Below are positions 35,825-43,377 of a stretch of DNA of 44,496 nt, piece by piece (within the stretch, counting starts at the first letter, position 1; each line of letters starts with the position of its first letter). The notes beneath the pieces were generated by a model that saw only the letters and a list, made by a program, of their open reading frames with translations, was not told the DNA's origin and did not search any database. Source of the stretch: an uncultured Methanosarcinales archaeon (GTDB taxonomy: Archaea; Halobacteriota; Methanosarcinia; Methanosarcinales; Methanogasteraceae); assembly GCA_965369365.1 (NCBI GenBank), contig CBDUQO010000001.1, positions 1-44,496 of the forward strand, given 5' to 3'. The position numbers and the translations under genes were made by a program.

Positions 35825-36187
35825 ATGAACATAATAATAAACTTTAGCCACCCGCTCAGCAAGGTGGCAACGAATCAGCTCGGGAACCCGAAAATAGAGA
35901 ACGTCCGGGTTCAGATCAATCTAAGCGCCCCGGTTGCGCCACAGATCGAAACAATCATCGAAGAGATCAAGACCCCGCTCGATGGCACGGTCGCCGGACT
36001 TGCGATAGTCCTACCAGGAATGTCCGAAGCCGCTGCATACGTTCTTGCAGCACTGCACGGGAGGATGGGGACGTTCCCGACGATCGTTCCACTGAGGCGG
36101 AACGATGAGAGGGGGATCTTCGGGATTGCGGAGGAGGGAGCAACATCTCTCGAACGCATTCGGCAGGACGGGAGGATGAAAAGATGA
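35825..36187 (+). CDS. Small alpha/beta (minimal Rossmann-like) protein
   Basis: AGGAG 9 nt upstream. MNIIINFSHPLS beta-strand/loop start, IVLPGMSEAAAYVLAALHGRMGTFPTIVPLRR second strand-helix-strand. The listed start at 35669 overlaps the previous gene. Confidence 0.5.
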   Translation: MNIIINFSHPLSKVATNQLGNPKIENVRVQINLSAPVAPQIETIIEEIKTPLDGTVAGLAIVLPGMSEAAAYVLAALHGRMGTFPTIVPLRRNDERGIFGIAEEGATSLERIRQDGRMKR

Positions 36188-36468
36188 GAACGAGCATAAC
36201 AGTCGCCTGCGCCAAGGTGACCGCGGAGCTCAAGAGGAGCGGTAAAGATGTATTTTCGGATAGAGATATCCGAGCTGCCCTGACGAAAGCCGACCGCCAA
36301 TCAGCGACATCGATGCTTAATTATATGGGCAGGACGGGATACCTGGTTGAGGGGGGGTTCCTTGCCCGAACGGTTGACGGGTATGAACTATCCGACACAT
36401 CGATGAGAACAGACAGGTTTGTCGTTGACGTGGCGGTGAAAAACCCAGCTCTTCGCATGGAGGTATAA
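36184..36468 (+). CDS. Winged-helix-like small protein
   Basis: SDRDIRAALTKADRQSATSMLNYMGRTGYLVEGG resembles a wHTH; ATGA overlap. Confidence 0.45.
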   Translation: MRTSITVACAKVTAELKRSGKDVFSDRDIRAALTKADRQSATSMLNYMGRTGYLVEGGFLARTVDGYELSDTSMRTDRFVVDVAVKNPALRMEV

Positions 36469-36470
36469 TT

Positions 36471-36602
36471 ATGATAAATAAGATATATTGCCCACGATGT
36501 GGGGCAAGAATAGATGAAGATGAATACGATCCATACGACGATGCGGGATCGTGGACCTGCGTCAACTGCGGAGCACCGTTGCCCTCAAGGATGGGGGGAT
36601 AA
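36471..36602 (+). CDS. Unlisted 43-aa zinc-ribbon ORF
   Basis: MINKIYCPRCGARIDEDEYDPYDDAGSWTCVNCGAPLPSRMGG; GGAGGT upstream; followed by a GGGGGG-ATAA-CCCCC hairpin. Confidence 0.45.
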   Translation: MINKIYCPRCGARIDEDEYDPYDDAGSWTCVNCGAPLPSRMGG

Positions 36603-36680
36603 CCCCCTCCTTTTCCTAATCCGCACGATGCACACGTGCGCTGACGAGCCGTAAGGCGGCGAAATTAGGAGGCTACAACC

Positions 36681-36872
36681 ATGGATAAATCACAACTAAG
36701 GGCACGACGTAGAGGCATGAACACAGCAGAGATGCTGCAAGACATGAGCGACAAGGAGCTGGCAAGAAACGCAAGGCGAGGCGGGCAGATGGCAATCGAA
36801 GAGCAGGACGAGTTCCACAAGAACAACAAACCGGCACCACGTCCACTTCCGGACCCGGAGCTGGACCAATGA
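36681..36872 (+). CDS. Small protein carrying the MSDKELARNA(R/K)(R/K)GG module
   Basis: AGGAGG 6 nt upstream; shares a 32-nt identical DNA stretch with 37920-37951. Confidence 0.5.
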   Translation: MDKSQLRARRRGMNTAEMLQDMSDKELARNARRGGQMAIEEQDEFHKNNKPAPRPLPDPELDQ

Positions 36873-37120
36873 TGGCAAGTATAAAAGGATACCGAGATAT
36901 CCTAAATTTCTCGGACGACTTGGAGATGTGTGAATCCTATTTCGGACTAATCGCACACGGGAAGACCTTTTTCGTGTCACGCTTCATAAACGTGAATGAG
37001 GGAAAGGTGGTCAAATATAAGTTGACCAAGTCTGAAGCAGTAGAGATCCAGAAGGACTGGAAAAAAGTCGGAAGGTCTGAATGGTTCTTCGAACGATGGA
37101 TACATGGGAAGGTGACATAG
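36869..37120 (+). CDS. Hypothetical protein (83 aa)
   Basis: ATGA-coupled ORF. Confidence 0.45.
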   Translation: MMASIKGYRDILNFSDDLEMCESYFGLIAHGKTFFVSRFINVNEGKVVKYKLTKSEAVEIQKDWKKVGRSEWFFERWIHGKVT

Positions 37121-37184
37121 AAAAGGGCACTCACAGCCCTGCAAAGCTATCAGAATCGATCTACCAAGCCGGTACAGCACGCAC

Positions 37185-37239
37185 AGACGTAGCCGGTAGT
37201 CCGACACTTCAGGGGGGTGAACCCCCCTGGACATCAGAC
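37185..37239 (+). repeat. 55-nt intergenic repeat, copy 1 (contains a G6-TGAA-C6 hairpin)
   Basis: agacgtagccggtagtccgacacttcaggggggtgaacccccc is identical in both copies, followed by a 3-nt difference and then the shared acatcagac. Confidence 0.9.
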
Positions 37240-37273
37240 GTACAAACCCTACAATTTTTTGGAGGAAACAATA

Positions 37274-37426
37274 ATGAACACATGTCCAGATCAGAAGAAC
37301 GAGAAAGCTGTATACGAATCCGCGGTATACAGAGGAAAGCACGACACGCAAGAATATGTGATTCGGGCGTTAACATCGGCACTACAGCAGTTTAAGCCGC
37401 TGACCACCATGGAGATCGAAGAATGA
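37274..37426 (+). CDS. Hypothetical 50-aa protein
   Basis: ATG with GGAGG 9 nt upstream; the listed GTG start at 37217 lies inside the repeat hairpin. Confidence 0.4.
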   Translation: MNTCPDQKNEKAVYESAVYRGKHDTQEYVIRALTSALQQFKPLTTMEIEE

Positions 37427-38010
37427 ACGTGAGTGGCGACATCACGAGTTTTGCACCGAAAGAGGGCTACATCTGCGATGCCAAAAAGCACAAGAAGGCA
37501 TTCACAGAAAAATACGACTTCAGATTGGTCTCACCAGGGTACTTCCTTTGCGTCAATGGGGACAACGCATACGCTATCTCGGAGTACGCCGGGAAAGTGG
37601 GATGCGGCTGCGAGGACATGACCTATCGATGTCCGGGCGATGAGGTCTGCAAGCACTTGATCGCATTCCTGAACCTGGATGAGTACCCGCTCAAGCCAAT
37701 CGACGACGAGCACCGGAATGCACTGAAGGCAGCAGGCTGGACCGGGACAAAGTTACACCCACCGAAGAACGTACAAGCGACAAAGCAGGATGTACCAGAA
37801 CAGAAGCGGAAGCAGCCGAACATCCACGATCCGGAGAGAAAGCCAACGCAAAAAGCCAACAAGCGGGCAGAGACAAAGCAGAACTACGCGGGGAAAACAG
37901 CAGAGCAAATGGTCAGAGCCATGAGCGACAAGGAGCTGGCAAGAAACGCAAAGAAAGGCGGAGTAGCAGCGATAGCAGAAGTGAAACGAAGAGCAGCAGA
38001 GGAGGAATAG
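37423..38010 (+). CDS. SWIM zinc-finger protein with a C-terminal MSDKELARNAKKGG module
   Basis: CGCEDMTYRCPGDEVCKH fits the SWIM CxCxnCxH signature; basic linker; C-terminal module shared with 36681-36872. Confidence 0.65.
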   Translation: MNVSGDITSFAPKEGYICDAKKHKKAFTEKYDFRLVSPGYFLCVNGDNAYAISEYAGKVGCGCEDMTYRCPGDEVCKHLIAFLNLDEYPLKPIDDEHRNALKAAGWTGTKLHPPKNVQATKQDVPEQKRKQPNIHDPERKPTQKANKRAETKQNYAGKTAEQMVRAMSDKELARNAKKGGVAAIAEVKRRAAEEE

Positions 38011-38014
38011 GAAA

Positions 38015-38188
38015 ATGGAATCAAAAGAGAATCGATATGCAGGAATGGACAACGTAGAGGTTGCGAGGAATGCGAAGGGGGAGTATAGCTGGAAAGTCAA
38101 GCTATACTTCGGAGACCATCAGGAGATCGAAGGCATAATCGCAGATCTGAAGAGAACGGATCTGCGATTGAAGGAGGAGTTCCTATGA
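38015..38188 (+). CDS. Unlisted 57-aa ORF
   Basis: MESKENRYAGMDNVEVARNAKGEYSWKVKLYFGDHQEIEGIIADLKRTDLRLKEEFL; its stop overlaps the next ATG. Confidence 0.4.
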   Translation: MESKENRYAGMDNVEVARNAKGEYSWKVKLYFGDHQEIEGIIADLKRTDLRLKEEFL

Positions 38189-38394
38189 GTTTCATGGACG
38201 ACATAGACAAGGGACTACAGAAGATGGAAGGCGACGAGAAGGTGAAGAGTGCAAGAGAGAACGCCTTCATCGATATGACGTGCGTGAACTGCGGGAATGA
38301 AATCAGGGTGCACAAGATGCGGGCAAAGCATGGATCCATCCAGTGCCCATGCTGCAAAGTGCAGATCGTGATGATGCGAGGTACACCGCAATGA
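38185..38394 (+). CDS. Zinc-ribbon mini-protein (69 aa)
   Basis: CVNCG..CPCC. Confidence 0.5.
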   Translation: MSFMDDIDKGLQKMEGDEKVKSARENAFIDMTCVNCGNEIRVHKMRAKHGSIQCPCCKVQIVMMRGTPQ

Positions 38395-38407
38395 GGAACT
38401 GTTGCAG

Positions 38408-38644
38408 ATGGCGAAGGCGAGCATGAACTAGGGAAAAGATTATTCGGCACACGTCGAAAAAGCACGCAGTGAGGTTCACAACGAGATATTCGATCAGGTC
38501 GGATGTTGCAGAGATTTACACAGGCTGGAAGACCGGGAGTTCAACACGGCACTAAACAAAGCAATAGAAGACTTAATGTATGTGGATAGTGTGGCGGTGT
38601 GTGGTGCAAACATTACAACACCAATGCGGAGAATGATGGGCTAA
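38408..38644 (+). CDS. Candidate 78-codon gene interrupted by an in-frame TAG at 38429-38431
   Basis: ATG 10 nt after GAGGA. MAKASMN-TAG-GKDYSAHVEKARSEVHNEIFDQVGCCRDLHRLEDREFNTALNKAIEDLMYVDSVAVCGANITTPMRRMMG. The 70 codons after the TAG contain no ATG/GTG/TTG until near the end. Confidence 0.3.
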
Positions 38645-38679
38645 GTATCAAGAACATTGCCCTCCGGGACGGATCACCA

Positions 38680-38734
38680 AGACGTAGCCGGTAGTCCGAC
38701 ACTTCAGGGGGGTGAACCCCCCAGAACATCAGAC
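38680..38734 (+). repeat. 55-nt intergenic repeat, copy 2
   Basis: See 37185-37239; same orientation, 1495 bp downstream. Confidence 0.9.
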
Positions 38735-38809
38735 ATGGTAATACATAGTAGTAGTGAGGAAGGGCGCGTAGCGGCGACGAGACGAACGACGGCGAAACTG
38801 ACCCGGTAA

Positions 38810-38836
38810 GGGGTGTAACGCCCCGATCTTTTTTTT
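38810..38836 (+). terminator. Hairpin plus T8 ending the small-gene block
   Basis: ggggtg-taa-cgcccc followed by gatctttttttt. Confidence 0.6.
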
Positions 38837-38850
38837 CTGAGGGGATACAC

Positions 38851-38859
38851 CTATATAAT
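38851..38859 (+). promoter_or_regulatory. TATA box (ctatataat) of the late operon
   Basis: About 26 nt upstream of the portal ATG, which implies a leaderless or very short-leader transcript. Confidence 0.5.
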
Positions 38860-38880
38860 CATAATCTGAGTATCATACCT

Positions 38881-40086
38881 ATGTTTGACAGATTCAAGTT
38901 TCGGCTTCTTGATGCGCTCGGCGGAAAGCCGAAGACCCGAGTAAGCGTCGGGGGGTCTGACAAAGACTTGTTTGGCGTGAACCGCGGGCGTAACCCTGCA
39001 CAGCTCAAAAAACTACGAACAATCTATGAGCAGGGCGGCATTGTGGCGGAGGCGCTTGATTGCTACCCCATATTTGCGTTGCGAAGCGGCTGGCGGCTGG
39101 AGGGGGAAGATCAGAACCTGAAAGATGCTGTATATGATTTCCTCGTGTCGCCGAGTATCGATATCGATGCTGCGATGAAACAACTCGAGACCGATGCGGT
39201 CGTGTTTGGCGATGGGTTCGCAGAGACTGTGTATGGGCGAGGTGGGGATATTGTAGGGTTGTTACCTCGTGCATCAGATACGTTCTCGGTACTTCATGAT
39301 GCGGCGGGGGACGTGATCGGATATGAGCAGCGGATATCAGATCATGTCACCGATTATACGACAACCCTAAATCCCGAACAGATAACGCGACATACCCTGC
39401 TGGGTCTCGGCGGAAGTGTGTACGGGGTTAGCCTGGTCCAGCGGGCTTATGATGATATTATACGAGACGCCATCACGACAGAAGGGATCGCGACGGGAAT
39501 CAAGCGCCACGGCACGCCGAAGTTTCATGTACGGGTTGGGCAACCCGGGGAGCTGATACCACAGGATGTGATCGATGACATCAAAAAAGAGTTTCAGAAA
39601 CTCGAAGCCAAAAACGATTTCGTCACTAACTACGACGTCGCCGTAGACGGGCTTGATGCCGGCGGTGTGCAGAACGTGAAAGAGTATGCCGACGTTTCCG
39701 GCGTCCGGGTGCTCGGTGCGCTGGGAGTCCCCTCGGAGCTGGTCGGCATCCGGCAAGGCACTACCGACAACACGGCAGTGAGCCGCATCGACACGTTCAT
39801 GGCAAAAATCGGATGGCACCAGCGACGGCTCGAGAGGTGTATCAAAATAAATGTGATCGACCGATTCACCAACGACCCCGGATCGGTGGTCATGGTATTG
39901 AATGATGCCAGCCCCAAAGACGAGGCGGCAAAGGCAGCATGGATCTCGGACATACTGAAAGCAACGTCGATTGATCCGTTCGCAATCCTGCCGCGGGATT
40001 GGGTGCAAGAACAGTTCGGCATCAATCCGGATGCTTATGATGCTGACGAAGAGAATCTGCCACCAGTCATCGATGAAGATCTATGA
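38881..40086 (+). CDS. Portal protein
   Basis: 401 aa, first gene of the late operon, immediately followed by a MuF-type gene; acidic C-terminus. Confidence 0.75.
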   Translation: MFDRFKFRLLDALGGKPKTRVSVGGSDKDLFGVNRGRNPAQLKKLRTIYEQGGIVAEALDCYPIFALRSGWRLEGEDQNLKDAVYDFLVSPSIDIDAAMKQLETDAVVFGDGFAETVYGRGGDIVGLLPRASDTFSVLHDAAGDVIGYEQRISDHVTDYTTTLNPEQITRHTLLGLGGSVYGVSLVQRAYDDIIRDAITTEGIATGIKRHGTPKFHVRVGQPGELIPQDVIDDIKKEFQKLEAKNDFVTNYDVAVDGLDAGGVQNVKEYADVSGVRVLGALGVPSELVGIRQGTTDNTAVSRIDTFMAKIGWHQRRLERCIKINVIDRFTNDPGSVVMVLNDASPKDEAAKAAWISDILKATSIDPFAILPRDWVQEQFGINPDAYDADEENLPPVIDEDL

Positions 40087-40135
40087 AACTTGCCAACATA
40101 ACCCCTGTAATTTCGTGTCGGCAACGCACTGCAAA

Positions 40136-41911
40136 ATGATCAAACTATCAAAAATAACCCGGAAAGACCCGACACACACAAGGACCCTTCGAGGATCTTA
40201 CCGCCGTGACATATTGAAACTGTTCAGGTCGTACCGGCGAGACGCCTTGCTGGCGCTCAAGCAATCAGATGTTTCAACGTCTCGAATGTTGGCGGCTGCA
40301 AATATTGATATGATCGGTCTCGATGAAACCCTTCGGGGGCTTGGTGCGGAACTGATCGGGAAGGGTGGGGCGATCACCTCTGCTCACGCGGTCGCAAATT
40401 ATACGGCGGGAGCAGGTTTTGGAACAAATCACCTTAAGCGGATCGGAGTCGAGGCAGTGATCGGAGAAGGTCCTGCGGATTGGAGGGCAATTGATGCGCT
40501 GAAAGTTCGGAACCTCACGGCGCTTAGGGGGGTGACTGATGAGCTGAATAAGCAGATCATCCGGGAGTTGTCGGATGGAGTCCGGCTTGGGGAGTCTATG
40601 CCGAAACTCGCCGCACGGCTCACCGATCGCGTGGATCACATCGGCAAGACCCGTGCGGCGACGATGGCACGCACCGAGACGATCACCGCATTCAACCAAG
40701 GCGCAGAACTCAGATATGCGCAGGCTGGCATTACAACGGTGGAGTGGCTATCGGCGCACGATCCGCCGCGGGTGTGTGAGGAATGCCTGGCTCTCGATGG
40801 AACAACGTTCAGAGTCAAATCTAACCACCCTCGCCCGCCGGTGCACCCAAATTGCAGGTGCACCGTCATACCGGTTATAGGGAAGCCAAAGCTCATATCG
40901 AAAGAGGATTCGGTGCAGAACCTCGTTGAGAATATCAACACAGCGCGAGATGGTGGCACGGTTGCACGGCGGGAGTTTGGGGCAGTGCGAAAGTGGAATG
41001 CTGGGTGGCGGGACGACATCCGGATGGGTGTCAAGCTTGCCCCAGAAGAGATGCATAAGGCGTGGACGGGTAAGGCGGCATCGGTTGCAGATCTCAAGAA
41101 CATGCGGCTTGTGCTCGCAGATGCGGAACGCAAGAAAGCGCATTTTCTCACAAAATCAGAACTTGCCATGCTCGGCAAGTGGGGCAAGAAAAAGGGGTTT
41201 TCCGACAAGATCGCGAAAGAGATCGCATTATCGGAGAAGCTCAACAAGTACGATCTTGAGCTTGATGACCTGCTGATGGAATTGCGGGCGATAAAGAAGG
41301 GTCGGCATATCGGGCTTGATGCGGCAACAAAGAAATATGAGAAACGGGTATGGAATCGCCCAGGCGAAGAACTTTTCATTATTGACCGGAATGGACAGAA
41401 GGTGTACACTGCCTCGTCGTCTGATCGTGGCTTAGCGGGCTTCGCAGACACAACCGGAGAGGCTCGTGGTGGCGTGATCATGATGAACCAAGCTGATGGT
41501 AGGTTCATCATGATTGAGGACTACGTGAGGCAAGGGGCAAAACTCGGGGTTGGCGAGGTGCGCATGGTGGGTTATGATAAGGTGTACATCATCCGGAATA
41601 CTGGGAAGTGGGATGAGAAATATTACTCTGAGGTGGTGCGACCTGCATATCTGAAGGAGCGGCGAGATCTCAAGGCACAACTCATCGCAGCAGATCAAGA
41701 ATCGAAGATCGACACGGGGTGGTTCGACTGGCAGGTATGGAAAAGAACTGCTGCGAAATGTGACAAGATCGAGTATGATGAGGCACGACCCGCGTCACTC
41801 ACCAAGCCGAAAACAAAAACGGTTCATGAGATTGCGGAAGAGCGCAGTATTCGCCAGCAGCGAGAAGAGAAGCGGCTAAAAGACATTCTTAAGAAGATAG
41901 CAGGAGGATGA
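40136..41911 (+). CDS. MuF / SPP1 gp7-like head morphogenesis protein with a long C-terminal extension (start uncertain: 40073 or 40136)
   Basis: RAATMARTETITAFNQGAELRYAQAGITTVEWLSAHDPPRVCEECLALDGTTF..PPVHPNCRCTVIPV is the MuF core, followed by about 300 further residues. Confidence 0.8.
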   Translation: MIKLSKITRKDPTHTRTLRGSYRRDILKLFRSYRRDALLALKQSDVSTSRMLAAANIDMIGLDETLRGLGAELIGKGGAITSAHAVANYTAGAGFGTNHLKRIGVEAVIGEGPADWRAIDALKVRNLTALRGVTDELNKQIIRELSDGVRLGESMPKLAARLTDRVDHIGKTRAATMARTETITAFNQGAELRYAQAGITTVEWLSAHDPPRVCEECLALDGTTFRVKSNHPRPPVHPNCRCTVIPVIGKPKLISKEDSVQNLVENINTARDGGTVARREFGAVRKWNAGWRDDIRMGVKLAPEEMHKAWTGKAASVADLKNMRLVLADAERKKAHFLTKSELAMLGKWGKKKGFSDKIAKEIALSEKLNKYDLELDDLLMELRAIKKGRHIGLDAATKKYEKRVWNRPGEELFIIDRNGQKVYTASSSDRGLAGFADTTGEARGGVIMMNQADGRFIMIEDYVRQGAKLGVGEVRMVGYDKVYIIRNTGKWDEKYYSEVVRPAYLKERRDLKAQLIAADQESKIDTGWFDWQVWKRTAAKCDKIEYDEARPASLTKPKTKTVHEIAEERSIRQQREEKRLKDILKKIAGG

Positions 41912-41912
41912 T

Positions 41913-42011
41913 GTGAGCGGCAGGTTTGCGGCTTGGTTTATCGGTCTGAGCACGGGTATAGCCATCACGGTTGCGGGGTATTATCTCGGAGTGTTGCTTT
42001 CGCGGTGGTGA
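41913..42011 (+). CDS. Unlisted 32-aa single-TM peptide
   Basis: GTG 5 nt after AGGAGGA; SGRFAAWFIGLSTGIAITVAGYYLGVLLSRW. Confidence 0.3.
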   Translation: MSGRFAAWFIGLSTGIAITVAGYYLGVLLSRW

Positions 42012-42107
42012 TGATGTGAGTGGATAATGGGGGAGGCTATAAATAGCAGCACGGTAAAAAGATAGTTTGTAACCTCTTTGTGTTCCACGACACCACACAT
42101 CAAGGGT

Positions 42108-42383
42108 TCATTCCATCCCCAAAGAATCGGCGAGGTTTTCTGTTTCCTCGCCGGTGCCTCTTTTGGTTTTTCGGGTTGTTTCTGGCTTATCGGATTCTGT
42201 GATTCTTGGAGCCGCTTTCGTGGCGGTTAGCTCATCAAGCCGTTCTATTATTAGCTGCCTGGCTGTGCGGCTTGGTACGGCGGCAGACAGTTTCTCTCGT
42301 TTTCTCGATTCGGAAAGTAGCTTGGCGTATGCTTGGTGCGGCAGCTTTACGGTGAATGAGAATGTTCTTTCTATGGTAGACAT
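42108..42383 (-). CDS. Ribbon-helix-helix regulator, antisense to the late operon
   Basis: MSTIERTFSFTVKLPHQAYAKLLSESRKREKLSAAVPSRTARQLIIERLDEL has the RHH pattern; basic tail. Confidence 0.6.
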   Translation of the reverse strand: MSTIERTFSFTVKLPHQAYAKLLSESRKREKLSAAVPSRTARQLIIERLDELTATKAAPRITESDKPETTRKTKRGTGEETENLADSLGME

Positions 42384-42426
42384 TGCTTTATAATGTTTTG
42401 TATTGCTTTATAATGTTTTGTATTAC
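42382..42426. repeat. Tandem 20-bp repeat ATTGCTTTATAATGTTTTGT x2 plus a partial third copy, in a divergent promoter
   Basis: Copies at 42382-42401 and 42402-42421. Each contains tttataat. The first copy overlaps the RHH start codon. Confidence 0.9.
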
Positions 42427-42472
42427 TTTTAGTTACATGCATTAATAATGACTGCCGGATACAGTAAGGAGT

Positions 42473-43375
42473 ATGGCTCATAACCCACCAGACGGGCTGG
42501 AAACTGCCGAATTGTCGTTTGGTTCCATCAACAAAATCACCGACGCCCCCAACGGCGACACAATCTTCCATGGAGTTACCCTCCTCGCAGAGGGTACCTG
42601 GGCAGACGGATATAGCGAAACCCCTACGCAGTACACGGGTAATGATCTCGAGAAGATGCGTTTTGAGAAGATGACCATGAAGATGGATCATGACATCTTC
42701 GGGACGCTGCCCATCACAAACGAGATCGGGGTCATCGAAAACCCATCGTTTGTGCGAGATCCAATCGCGAAATGGTTGGGCGACGTTCGAATATTCCCAA
42801 CCCAAAACGGGACCGACACTGCAATCCTCCTGCGAAGGGGGCAGATCACGGACATATCGAGCGAACTTTTTTTGAAGCCGGTCACGAATTCGAAATCCAA
42901 AACCGTGATGGCTACCGACATGATATTTATGGGTGCAGCGACCGTACGGCAGGGCGCATGCACAATATGCAAATTCAACGAAGGAATCACCATGACAGAC
43001 GAAAACGACCCGAAACAAAACACTCCCGAAGAAGGCGAAAAGACCTCTACTGATCCCGACATTGCTGCACTTGAGGCGGCAGTCCAGGTAAAGGAAGCGA
43101 TGAACGCTGCACACATAGCAAACGAGCTCAAGATCGCACACGCTACGATCGCAGAACTCAAAACAGCGAACACCGCACTCGAAGCGAGGCTTATCGCACT
43201 CGAAAAAGACACTCGTGTGAAGGAACTTCAGAAGAAGCTCGACGTAATGGCGAGCACGCCAGTGGTGCACACAGTCGTATCATCCGGGGCCACGGCTCCT
43301 GTTGCGGCGCAGGCGGTTGAGCTGGATAGCGGAGGTTTTGAGGCGTTCGCGGCATCCGATTTCGCGGAGGACTAA
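42473..43375 (+). CDS. Prohead protease (S78-like) fused to a scaffold-like coiled coil
   Basis: MKMDHDIFG..IG and ITDISSELF resemble the His and Ser blocks of the HK97-type protease. The C-terminal Ala/Glu/Lys coiled coil precedes the decoration and capsid genes. Confidence 0.55.
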   Translation: MAHNPPDGLETAELSFGSINKITDAPNGDTIFHGVTLLAEGTWADGYSETPTQYTGNDLEKMRFEKMTMKMDHDIFGTLPITNEIGVIENPSFVRDPIAKWLGDVRIFPTQNGTDTAILLRRGQITDISSELFLKPVTNSKSKTVMATDMIFMGAATVRQGACTICKFNEGITMTDENDPKQNTPEEGEKTSTDPDIAALEAAVQVKEAMNAAHIANELKIAHATIAELKTANTALEARLIALEKDTRVKELQKKLDVMASTPVVHTVVSSGATAPVAAQAVELDSGGFEAFAASDFAED

Positions 43376-43377
43376 AT

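Noticed and set aside
37185-37239. 55-nt repeat as a tRNA or tRNA fragment (possible attachment site)
   Set aside because: The hairpin has a 4-nt loop rather than a 7-nt T-loop. I could not fold an acceptor/D/anticodon arrangement around it. There is no integrase to use it.
39971-40135. Listed start of the MuF ORF inside the portal gene
   Set aside because: It would overlap the portal gene by 116 nt and uses a non-ATG start. In-frame ATGs at 40073 and 40136 are more plausible, and the conserved MuF region begins well downstream.
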